DNA of 64,000 bases from Lepidodermella squamata. Its lineage: Eukaryota; Animalia; Gastrotricha. A program made the translations under genes and the position numbers. Under the pieces are notes generated by a model. That model searched no databases. It worked only from the letters and a program-made list of their open reading frames with translations, and was not told where the DNA came from. The DNA lies in contig JBLDXI010000015.1 of the NCBI GenBank assembly GCA_047495785.1, positions 868,001 to 932,000 on the forward strand, in the 5' to 3' direction. Shown here piece by piece: positions 12,522 to 24,500 of this stretch (position 1 is the stretch's first letter; each line of letters starts with the position of its first letter).

Positions 12522-15500
12522 TCAGTCGACCTCTTCGATTTTCGGACCCTCGCCACGGCCTGGCATCGGACCACCTCTCGGCGACGAAGGTCCGCGAGCG
12601 CCACCCGCGCCTCCACCTCCATGCAGCTTCGTCATAAACGGACTGCAAGTGCGGTTCAACTCCTGCATTTTATAGTCCAACTCTTCCTTATCTGCCAAAG
12701 CATTACGGTCCAGCCAATCGATGATCTCCTGGCACTTGTAAACCACAATCTGCCTGTCGCCAGCCGATAGTTTATCATCGCCAGCCTCTTGAGCCGCTTG
12801 CTTGTACGAGTAGACCAAGTTTTCCAGCTGATTCTTCGCCGAAACTCGTTCTCGCTGTTTCGCATCTTCAGACGAAAACTTCTCCGCATCGGCAACCATC
12901 CGTTCGACTTCATCCTTCGACAAACGGCCTTTTTCGTTCGTAATCGTGATTTTGCTAGATTTCCCGGTCGATTTGTCGCTGGCGGCTACGTTGAGAATGC
13001 CGTTAGCGTCAATGTCGAAGGTAACTTCGATCTGGGGCACGCCACGCGGGGCTGGCGGAATGCCGCGCAGGTCGAAGGTTCCAAGCAAATGGTTGTCCTT
13101 TGTCATCGCTCTTTCACCTACGCAACAAAACAGAACGCTCTATATCTTCTCAATTTTTCAACGAGCATGTGAAATTTGGTCTTTCAGGAGCCGGAAATGA
13201 AGGGAAAGGGAAATAACAAATAATCTATAAAACTTGAGGCGAGAGTGAAAAATCCGGGGAAGTTAGGTCTCATCAAGTATAATACCGATAATTGCTGAAC
13301 CTTTCAAGTTTTTCGGGTATTTTTCGGAAAATTGTATAGTGAAATCTTTGATAAAGGATGACAAATGGAAATTCAACAACTTCAACAAATGGAATAGCTT
13401 CAACGTTGGCAAAACGCAAAAGATAGAAACCCCAAATATAGACAGGTATAATAGAATAAGGACTATTTCAAGGTTACCTTCGTAAACGCTGATAGTGACA
13501 GCCGGCTGGTTGTCCGAGTATGTCGTGAAAGTCTGCGATGTTTTCGTCGGAATGCGGGTGTTGCGTTCGATCAGCTTCGTCATCACGCCGCCGGCTGTTT
13601 CGATGCCCATACTCAGCGGAGCCACATCAACGAGCAGCACATCTCGCACGGTCGTATCTTCGACACCTAAAAAATTAATAGACGAAAATTGTGCTTAGTT
13701 TACCCACAAAATTCGAACTCAGGCTTTTTTAATGAAAGCTAGTGAGGAGATATTTCTGAATTCAGCTGAAAACGCGGGCAGCTCTCAATATTGGATGACA
13801 TTTTAGCTAAAAACTCAGCGCTCAAAATTCTTCCCGAAAATGAGGACTGAAAAAACCGTGTTTCGGTATACACACAGATGGTTTCGATGTAGTAAAACAA
13901 GTGCTGTTCGACCCCATGCATTTCCTCTTACAGATCAAGAGAATTCTTCTCATTTCGACTTTTCCTCAGTAAATCATCAACCCGTATTTCTAAATCTTCG
14001 ACACAATGGCAATGATGTTATCTCGAGTTGAAAACCGCACAGATCCAACTTGAACGATGTACCGGGTACAAGCTAATAACAAGCCTAGAATCTTGCCCTC
14101 ACATGCCTGAACAGTGGCAGCGATTGTGAGTGGTGGAAACCTATCAAATAGCAGACGAAGTTCCAACACCTGAGTCGGATTCTTAAACGCAAAAAGGTTT
14201 CTCCGATCAATGATTGCACCAATGTGTGATTTTCGACGCATCAGGCTACATTAAAGTGGCAGCATTCAACAATTCTTCACGCTCCGTTCAGCTGTTACCG
14301 AGATCAAGACCGAATTGTTCAAATTTCCGATTTCAAAAATACTCATGTTGCTTGGCGAACTTTGCGTCTTAAAATCTCGATGATTCAGCTATCAAGCCTG
14401 GCCAATCTATATTCAGCTCATTTTTCTGCGTACCGGCGGTCATTTTACGAGTTGCATTTCCGTTTGCAGAGCCGATATATCGGTTCCAAGTATCGATTTT
14501 ACAAATCAGTGATTTTCCCCGATAAATGAACTCTAAAAGGCCGTTATTTAATCATTTCTACCCAATTAATATCACCAGGTAGCTAAAATAAAAATCCCAG
14601 GTTCAAAATATCGATCTACAAATTAGCGCTGGAACCTGTAAGCCCGAAGTGTTGGAGGTGCAACCATCTAAATGCTTGCGAACTACGAAACGACCCACGC
14701 CTCCACCCTTTGACAATGGTTTCGGCGGCATCAAAATAAGCAGTTCGTCGCAGCGCGACATTGAAGAAGCTGAATTCGACGTGCTTTACGGTACTGCGCT
14801 ACCCGAAAGCAAGCACTTTTTCTTCGTGATTATTCATATAAGGATCAATGTTGAAATAATAATGGAGGATACGTTATTGGCCATGAATGTTTCTTAATAG
14901 GTCGAAGCTTAATTAAATGGATATCCATCTGAATTAGCTGTTCTTGAGTTCATGCTCTTGGATGTGGTTTCTGGTTTTTTGTAGCCGATGAATTTGAACA
15001 GCGGCGTACACATGTGAAAGTCGGAAATTTCTGCACGGATATTACTCCCAATATGCACCCAGACCCGAGGCCGACCCGGGGACAACTCTGACGCACATCG
15101 ACTACCTTCCGCACCTACGGCACCTTCAAACGCGACATCAAATTGTTATCATTATCCCATAAATCTCGCCGTCAAGTTTTCGCCGATTTTATTCAAGAGC
15201 TCGGCAGACCAGTCGAAGGTCTCCCCGGAAACCCTGCACAAGGCGCCGCCGCCATGGAAGTCGATGACGGCTCAGAATATCAACACCGAGCACGGATTCG
15301 AGTTCCTCCGATGACTCTCCAAATGACTCCGATTGATCTATATCGCAATTTGCTATTTATCATTTTTGCCAACCTTAAATTTTGCGTTAAGCAGACTTAT
15401 GCATACTATTCATCAGTCCAAATTACTCGATTTTCCACGTGATTCCCTATCACCAAATTTGAAATTCCAATTTCTTCATTTTTGACGGGAAAAATCGTGT

Positions 15501-18500
15501 TTCATTTAGGCGAACACAAACCTGACAGAACAGCAGCCTGGACCGCAGCTCCATAGGCGACAGCTTCATCCGGATTGATCGACTGATTCAGCGTCTTGCC
15601 GCCCATAAAATCTTTCAACAACTTCTGAACCTTCGGAATTCGAGTCGAACCGCCCACCAGTACAACTTCATCGATACGCGATTTGTCGAGTTTAGCGTCA
15701 CGGATGGCCTGTTCGACCGGTTGCATCGTTCGCGCGAACAAGTCATTGCACAGTTCTTCGAAACGGGCTCGCGTTATTTTCGCATAGAAATCAACGCCTT
15801 CGTGCAACGAGTCGATTTCAAGGCTGGCTTCGGCCGAACTCGACAGCGCGCGCTTGGCCCGCTCGCAGGCGGTTCGAAGACGACGGATGGCTCGTAAATT
15901 GCCAGAAATGTCCTAAAAAATGGGTAAAACGTCATTTCGCCCTCAGAGCAAATTTCATATAATTTCAGATGATAAAAGAAAATTAAAAAAGAAAATTCAT
16001 AAATTTTGTGATTTTCCAATATATTGGCTGGCCTTTAATCTACTATTTTGTCATGTTATTTATCTCATTTTATTAAATTATTGAAAAAGATACGGTTTAT
16101 ATGAGGAAACACTTCAAGTCCGGTAATTTCTGTTTAGCCCACGGGCTGTGCGATTGTTTGTCCTATTTCAAATAATAAACTCACACTTACTCATAGCGTG
16201 ATCAGCTGAGCTATCGATAAGAAGGTAATATTTTCCAATTGATTGTATTGATCTGTGGCTCATTTCCAAGTGACCAAAAAGAGGATTTGCCAGCCCTTCG
16301 AAATGTAGCCGGTTACCTAAGCAGAGTTGTAGGCCTTTCAGGTTCGAATCCAACACCAGAGGACTTTACTGATTTATACAAGACTATTCCCCATGCAGAA
16401 GTATACCGCTTAGTAAGATTAATGTCATCCACAGCTGTCCACACACTGACAGATCCAGATTTTCGAAACCAGCTATATGAGGAATTTCCTGTCTTCAACA
16501 CAGATGTGATCGATCGCATTTTAAATAGTATTACCGCTCGTTGCACGATTCAGCATTATAAGAATGAAGCTATAGAAAAAGCTAGTTTCGCCTCCTTCGC
16601 GACCACAAACTCAGCGAGATTAATTTTTCGATTCCTCCGAAATTTTATTCGTTTTACTCAGAGATGAAAAGTCCGGTCCACGACGGCTGTCTCTCTAAAT
16701 TTATTACTATTCCAAACTATAGTACGCCCCACCTCTGTGGCAGAACGGAAGTCGTATCGGTCCCGCTACTTGATCAATCGGATAACGGTCGAATTTAATT
16801 TATTTGGAGTGCATCAATTATAGAAATTCGCAACGATTTATACTTGAGTTGGCTGAGCTGCTTCTGTCTGCCACCGCGCTTCTAATCACCGGCCTGGCCC
16901 TCATCATCGGCGCCATCCATCACCTGCGTATCGATTGTTTTCGAATTCTACACATCAGCGCGTCGCATTTTAGCTTAAAAACTTGAGGGCAACCATCGAT
17001 ATCTGTCTGTCAAGCACTATATAGTGCTATTTGTAATTATACCTAAAGAATTTTTTTAACTTTTTGTTCCGGTTCTACTTTGGACTTGCTTTGCCTCAAT
17101 AACAGCAGTGCTATTTGCCTCTGTCAGTTTTCTTCAATTCGCAAGTTTTCTCCAAGTTTGAGTTTTGCCAAATTTTGTTTTAGTGACTTCAGTAACTTAA
17201 ACGAAGTACCGGGGACAAGCTTGTAGCAAGCCTGAGTTCTCGCCCTCACATGCCTGAACAGTGGGCAGCGATTGTGAGCGAGAGCCACAGTAAATGGCAG
17301 ACGAAGTTCCAACATCTGATTCTGACACGCAACAAGGTTTCCGGCCCAATCAACTTAGTGGAACCAGTGAATCCACAATTTTTCTATTGGCTGGTATTTT
17401 TAGTTACAGGCGCGCTCCTTAATGCTGTTGGTGGGTTTAAAAGGCACGCGAATTTTCCATTTTTTTCAGTTTTATCTCACATTTTTCATCTGAACATTTC
17501 AACTCACATATTTTTTAATTTTTAATTAATTTTTTTAATTTATAATAATGCTCGTCCGCATGACCGTCGTCGAGAGCGAAGGGTGGCACAAACTTGTTGT
17601 CAGCGAAATCCCATCTTTCGACGAACTACGATTCTCTGCGATGGAGGAACTTCATCTGGGTGAAGTTTACGGCTTCAACTATACGGATGCTAATGGTGAA
17701 AAAGTAATATTTTTTTATTTTTATGAATCATGCCTTGTATTGAGATTGCTTTCTAGGCCTGCTTCGCCACCGAGAAAAGCCTCAAAATTGCGCTTGCCGA
17801 ATTGGGAGGAAAGCTCGACAAGCTGTGGGTGTTGCCGGCGGCTCCGGAAAGCCGATCAAGGGCTGGGTCTGTGAGCTCTTGCTCCAGTCGCCGATCAGCG
17901 TTCAAGTCAGTGGCGTTCTCATCACCGACGGCAAGTATTTCCTCGATCAGCGTTTCGCTTCCGAAAACTGCCTCGAAGCCAGATTCGACGCTCAAAGCGG
18001 CTTCTTCAACCATCACCCAGACGCCGAAGAAGCACAAGTCGAGGCGCTCGAAAGTCCGGAAAGGCGGCCGGCCTTACGCTCCGTACGACACCCCGGAGAA
18101 AGAAAGTATCAAAGCCCTCCTCGATTTCGGGCAAGAAAACGATTTTCCCGAAACAATCGAATATAGCCCGCACATCAAGAGCTATAAAGCCGCTCAAGAC
18201 CCCGATTTTATGGCTGTTTTCGGATCTCGCTCCAAGACCGCGGTGATGGACAAAATCAACGCGGAATGGAAGAAACTCATGGACACTGATACAGATTCCG
18301 AATAACTTTTCCACATATCTCATACTTTTGTTTTAATTCATTTTTTCAATTTTAAACCTGTTTTATGAGGCCAATAACATGAAGTTTTGATAAAATAAAG
18401 CCTTATCAATTTTTATTTTGACTTCTTAGTTCAATAATACCGTTCAAAAAATTAAAAACTTGAAAATTTGACTTTACACCCTATTTTCACTTTTCTCAAC

Positions 18501-21500
18501 AATCAGGGTTGTGATCGAAGAAAAAGTGTAAATTTGCAATTTTTATTACGCAACATTGACCTTACCGATAAGAGCCAAATTTTACCCAGCGTTAGTCATA
18601 CCCAAGAGCTATCTGTGATAGAAAAGGTTTGATTTTTTCTTTCGATCACAACCCTGGTATGCCATATATTATAGCCTGCTTCCAGCAATCATGCTTTTCA
18701 AAAATTAAACTAAAAGGGCCGATGTAATAGGTATGTAATATTTTTTAGGCTTAGCGTCTCATTAAATTTTGCCGGATTTGATTGCGGAAAATTATTCAAT
18801 GTACCTAATTTCGATGATAGCACAATTTTCGAACTAAACTTCGTGAAAAAAAGAAAGAAATCTGAAAATCCCGTGTTAATTGTTGATTGTTGGCGAAGAT
18901 TAATTTCGAAAATTAATGTCCAAACACGTTATTTTTGTGTATAACTGACTTCAGTGAAAATTTAATAATTTCAGCAGCCATTGAGCCTATTCGATGCATG
19001 AGAAAGGTTAATTTTAAGATTTTGAGTCCTAAGAAATGTCTTTCTTGATTATAACACATCTTATGAAGAATAGATCTCGGTATTTTTATTTATTATAACT
19101 ACTATCACCTAATTTGACGAGGATTATAGAAAATCATTCGAGATTAAAGTAAAACGTAAACACGAAGTTGATTATTCCGATTACAACATTAAACATAGAA
19201 CGCGTTCGTCGTCAATCGCGAAACTGGCTGTCAGGAATTCAAGTTTCAAGTCCAGCCCTGCTCAGGATCAATTGGTATCGATTGGCGGAAAGCATGTTCA
19301 CGCTCTGCTCGAGTAAGACTGATCCCTAATCGGCATTTTCGTACCACATGCTCTTCAAGCACGCTGATTTGGAATAGCACATCGCAAAAAGGACAGAATA
19401 AAAATATTCTGATTTTTGCGATATCATAAAAATATCGGTAAAATCTTCCTCGCTTGTATAAAAAAACTGAATTATCCATTCTACAAAAAATGCCAGCATT
19501 GAAGATAACTGATGAACAGGAATTTTATTGAAATTTTAAAACAAGAAAAAAGTTTAAAACAGGGTCAATTTTCAAATCAGAAAGTTCGACGATTGTTATT
19601 TCCGACGCATGTAAAACATTTTCAACCACAGCTGGCCAAGATCATCATCCCTGGAAAAGAGGTGGAATAAATACATTTTCACCAAATTACATATATTTAC
19701 AAGCAGTGCCAAGAAGCCGTCATCTGAAAATTTAAGCAGATCACAAATTTCCCATTTTCAACATCTTGCTTATCCAAAGTAAGGGATTTCAAAAATTCTC
19801 GGCATGTTATTTTGATCGGCCTCTTCAGCGACCCAAACCTTGACCAAAAATGACATTTTTTGTTGAATACCTTGGCATTTATTCTTACTTGCCGAAAGCG
19901 CCGCGGAACTGCCCAATGAAGCATGGCACATTCAACGTAAATTTACGCGGAAAGAAATGGGACCGCTTTGTTACCCGTTTCGATCTCAAAAGATGTTGAA
20001 TGGCAGCACCTACTACTCTGCCGAGCGATCGCGCGTGATTAGCTCTAGACAGATTAATCAATGAAACGTGGAAATGAATCGATTAAAAAAACGTACTTCG
20101 TGATTTTACGGCGAGAGCTCATATCAATGTAGTATTTCGATTTTTTCGATAAATATTATTTTTTTTTAAATTTTAGCACAATCCTATTATGAAAATAAAG
20201 CGCAATAAAAACGACTAGCCTAAGATAAGAAGCTCTTATTTTTAGGAAATAACGTAGACTTTTAATAATTTAGCCCAGCAAAATGGCCCCGGTTCGGGCA
20301 TTGAACTGCCCGGTTCGACATCCACCCCATTTACGATTGGTAAATTTATTCTTTAATTTTTCAAGTGACATACATATCTGATTTGCCAGCTCTGCGCGAC
20401 TTGTAAAGCGGCAGCTAAAGCCGATGGGCGACGTGGGCCGAAATCTGTGCGTTTGTTGTTATGATTTATATAATTCAGCCCTTAAATGATAGCGATTATC
20501 AGTCTAATCCTTCTGGCTTGCCTTACCATCAAATTCAAACAAAATCGGGGCGAAAAAAACGCATCGAAACGGTTTTAGCTGAGCATCTTAGTTCACTAAC
20601 TAACAGCGAATTGTGGCGAGAGAAGATTGGCGATAAAAAGGTCGCGGAATGCGGTTTATTCATTCGTTTCGAAGGTTCGAAAAATGTCGTAAGGGTTGAG
20701 ATGCCCCTAAAATCATCTGAAGAGCGCGATGAAATGCAAACAAAAGAAGCTGAGAGGTTATTTACTACTCATTATTTTATCTTCGCTTGCAATGCATTTT
20801 TTAGAGCTGTCAAGTTGCGGATGAGGCACGCGGTCTCAGGGCGGACATTTTTTAAACTCGCTAGGGCCCAAAATCCCAACCATCCTTCGCGCAGAAGACT
20901 GGTCAAAGCTCGCCGACGGCTTGCTAATTTTTTCCATATCACGACCCATGAGGAGCTTGAACACCGTGAGTATTTTTTTTAATTTGCCTCAAATATGATA
21001 CTTTTAAAATAAAAAAATCAGGTAAACATAGAAGCGACGATTCGCCCAGAGAAAAAGGTGCCACGATTTCCCCGAAAGAAATTTTCGAGCACTGGGCAAA
21101 TGCTAATATGCTGAAGCGTTACCCCGAAATTAATAAAATTAGGGTTCAAATCGACGGCATGGGGTCTCGATCAAATGTTGCCCAAGGCATTGTTTCATTT
21201 ATTATTTGTCTTGAAGACAGGAAGAAGACAGCTGGAATTGATAATGAGTACCAAGTTGGTTTATACCAGGGCGAAGAAGATTCTGAGAATCTTCGACATT
21301 ATTTTGCCGAAGTCTGTAGAGAGCTTGAGCAAATGTGTCGTGAAACCGTGACAGATCGGCATAAAGGGCGAAAATACAAATTTTCGTTGATTTTATGTTG
21401 CGACTATATGATGCTAACAAAGGTAAAAGCACTGTATAAGCTGCGAAATTCGAGTTTTCTGCCAACATTGCAATTTTAAGATTTTGGCCTGCGGCTCTCC

Positions 21501-24500
21501 AGGTAGCGACCACTCATGTGTCTTCTGTGTCGGCAATGTTGGGAACGGAGCTGGGAATGAGGGCCCTGCTCGCGACTTTGCCGAGCAATTTCGACTTCGC
21601 AGCAATGAGCAAGGCTGGTCTCTAGAATATTTGCCGCTTTTCGATCTGCCTCGCGAAATGCTAACAATTCTGCCATGCTGCCTACATATGTTTTCGGCCA
21701 TAGCGCTTTCAATCTTGAATTCGGTAAGCTATGCAATAGGTTGGGAAGCAATGAAAATAGGCTAAATAAATTATTGCAGCTGTTAACATTTATGCTGAGT
21801 AACAAGCTGAAAACGGCTTTTAGCAATGCGAAAGGGTTTTTAGAGCGTTCTTTGTTCAATTTGCGCGTGGATCCGTCGAACGACCCCAATGCAACAAAGC
21901 TGAAGCGGTACACACATAGTGGTATCGTCAAGGTTCGAATTTGATTCAAAATTAATGTTATCGCTGATTTAAAATTTTCAAGGCCCTGCGCTGCTTGCAT
22001 GAGAATACTACGCTGATGACTTTTTTGGAAGAAAACTGGCAAAGCAAATTGCTCGAGTCCAGATTTACTCTCGATATATTTGTCAGATTTTTGGATGAAA
22101 ATAATGTCTCTCATCGTCGCAAATTACAGTCACCTGAAGCGAAAATTAAGAAGTGCTTGCAATTGCGCATGCCGGAGGCGGAAGAAGTGAGTTTCGTAAA
22201 CAGAAATCTGGCCTTTTACACACATGGATTTTACTATAAGCTTTCGTCATCATACTAATTGTTTTACAGGTTATTGCGGGAGTGCTGTCTAAGTTCCGAG
22301 AATTCGATATTCTCATTGCGAGAACTATCGAGTTACTCGATCTCGTCGAATCTAATGAGGTTCCCGAGAGCGATTTTGCGTTTCGCGAGTTCGAATTTTA
22401 TTTTCAAGCTGCGATAGGAAATGTAACGCCCTATTCCCATGGTAAAGCTTTTTTGACCGATGGGTGATTTGCTAAAGGTTTAATATCTTAGTCTTGGCCA
22501 GCCATGTTTATTCCCTGATGAGGGCAGGCTACGACCTTCGAGCTTTGAGCGGCATCTCAATTGAGTTGCGTATCAAAGCTCTCCGAAAGCTTTTATCTAG
22601 CACCGTTTTTTTCGGTGATCCGGTTTGCCGGCAACTAATGGAAAACCTGGTGATTTCAGCAAATAATGATGAGTCCCCCTGCTACAGCTCAGAAGAAAGT
22701 GATGGCGAATTGAGTGAGATAGAAGAACTGGAATTTTCTTGAAGAACTAGCGTGGTTGCAATCGGTAAAAATGAGTTAAAATGGAAATGTGACGTGAAAG
22801 AACCGAAATTAACAAGAAGTAAAATATTTAATGAAACATTTATTGAAACGTGTGATCACGGGAAAAAAAATAAAATGGCGCGTGGCGCGCTTTTTGATCC
22901 AACCAATCAGCTTTTAAACCAGCCAGCCAATCAGGAAATTGTGGATTCACTGGTTCCACTAAGAATGATTGTACCAAAGTGTCATTTTCGACGCATCAGG
23001 CTACATAAAAGTGGCAGCTTTCAACAATTCTTCGCGCTTCGATCAGCTGTTACCGAGATCAAGACCGAATTTATTAAATTCCCATTTTCAAAAATACTCG
23101 TGTGGATTTTCGAAATTTACGTCCTCCTTGAAATCTAGATAATTCCGCTACCAAGCCCGGCCAATCTATATTCAGCTCATTTTGCTCTATCGGCGGTCAT
23201 TTTACGAGTTGCACTTCCGTTTGCAGAGCCGATAGGTATATCGGTTCCAAGTACCGATTTTACAAATCAGTGATTTTTCCCGATAACTGAAATCTAAAAG
23301 GCCGTTATTGAATCGATTTCTACCTAATTAATATCACCAGGTAGCTAAAATAAAAATTCCAGGTTCAAAATATCGATCTACAAATCAGCGCAGGAACCTG
23401 TAAGCCCGAAGTGTTGGTGGTGCAAATACTTGCATCCATCTCTCAATAAATGCTTGCCTTCGTGTTTATACTACAAAAGCAGCCACACTACTAGAATATT
23501 TCAAGTGGCCGCAAGCCACGTCGAAAATAAAAGCGAGTCACAAAATTGACCCTGTGTCTAGTTCTGGGTCAAGTCCTGGCGCGAAGAAATCGCGAACATA
23601 GGCAACGGCGAAAAAGAAGAGCCAAGAAGACCCGCGTGACGAACTTTCGCGGTGAGATGAGGCTCAGAATTAAAACCTTACAGAATATACCTGATGAAAC
23701 CCGTTAAAAACCGACGGTAACTGGTAACTCGTTCGGTAATTTTCGGCAATTCCCGTTTTGGCCTAGTTTTGGCCGTGTTTTTACTTCCATTGACAAGTGA
23801 CATACCTTTGTAGGTTATGGCTTATGTCATGGCAGTTGGAATGGCTACTGGCCATGAGAATATCCTCTTAAATTCAGGGATCGATTTTGCCGAAAACTCA
23901 AAAATTTGATTTTTCTCAAAACTACAAAACGCTTCTACGCTTCTAGATTCTATGGTGATCATTTACTGCGACGGCTGCGAACGAAAACCACTCAACTACG
24001 TTTGGGACGAGAGAACTGGCGGTATCTGGCTGACAATTGCTGACAATTACAGAGGTCAAAATAAGAGCAAAAAAATAGAAGCGATAATTCTCGAAATGGC
24101 CCCATAAAAAGTGCAAAACTGAATTATTTCCAAGTCGGTCATACCCAAAACGAAGGTGAGTTGGTTCACAGCGTGATCGGCTGAGTTATCGATAAGATGG
24201 ACCTACGACTTAGCAATAGGTATATCGATCTGGCTAGTTCCAACATCGAATACAAAATCCGCGAGACAAAATTTGCGGTTCTTCCAAGACTTTAATCGTT
24301 CTACTCAGAGTTGAAAAGTTCGAACTGAATCCGGGGCTGTCTATCTGAACCCAAAACGACTAACTAGCTACTATAACGAGTCAAATTTCCTTCAAAAAAA
24401 TGAAAAATTATTTACTCCTGTTTTGGAGAATCATCTTTAAAACTCGAAATCTAGCTTTTAGATTTTACGAATTGTGGCCAGAATGCAATTTTTGAAAATA

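Larger units (their letters stand above)
17354..22963 (+). mobile_element. 5610-bp autonomous-looking DNA transposon with a RAG1/Transib-like transposase and accessory genes
   Basis: 41-bp TIRs (37/41 identical; first 28 bp CTTAGTGGAACCAGTGAATCCACAATTT perfect), AA duplicated on both sides, at least three spliced ORFs inside. Confidence 0.9.
17195..23799 (+). mobile_element. Third copy of the CACTA/EnSpm-like element, split by the RAG1-like transposon
   Basis: 17195-17353 and 22964-23799 join to match 14045-14660 and 2150-2746; ends in ...CCATTGACAAGTG. Confidence 0.75.

Noticed and set aside
17354-17394. 12/23 RSS architecture in the TIRs
   Set aside because: Both ends are symmetric; the nonamer-like ACAATTT(T/C)(T/C) lies 14 bp from the heptamer on both sides and the match is weak.
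18714-19047. Possible further + strand gene in the transposon ([14 protein letters not shown]...)
   Set aside because: One plausible 47-nt intron but no in-frame start or upstream exon; a decayed gene cannot be excluded.
18306-22963. RAG2-like (kelch/PHD) partner gene in the RAG1-like element
   Set aside because: No GG-containing kelch repeats or PHD pattern seen, and only ~220 bp lie between the transposase stop and the right TIR.
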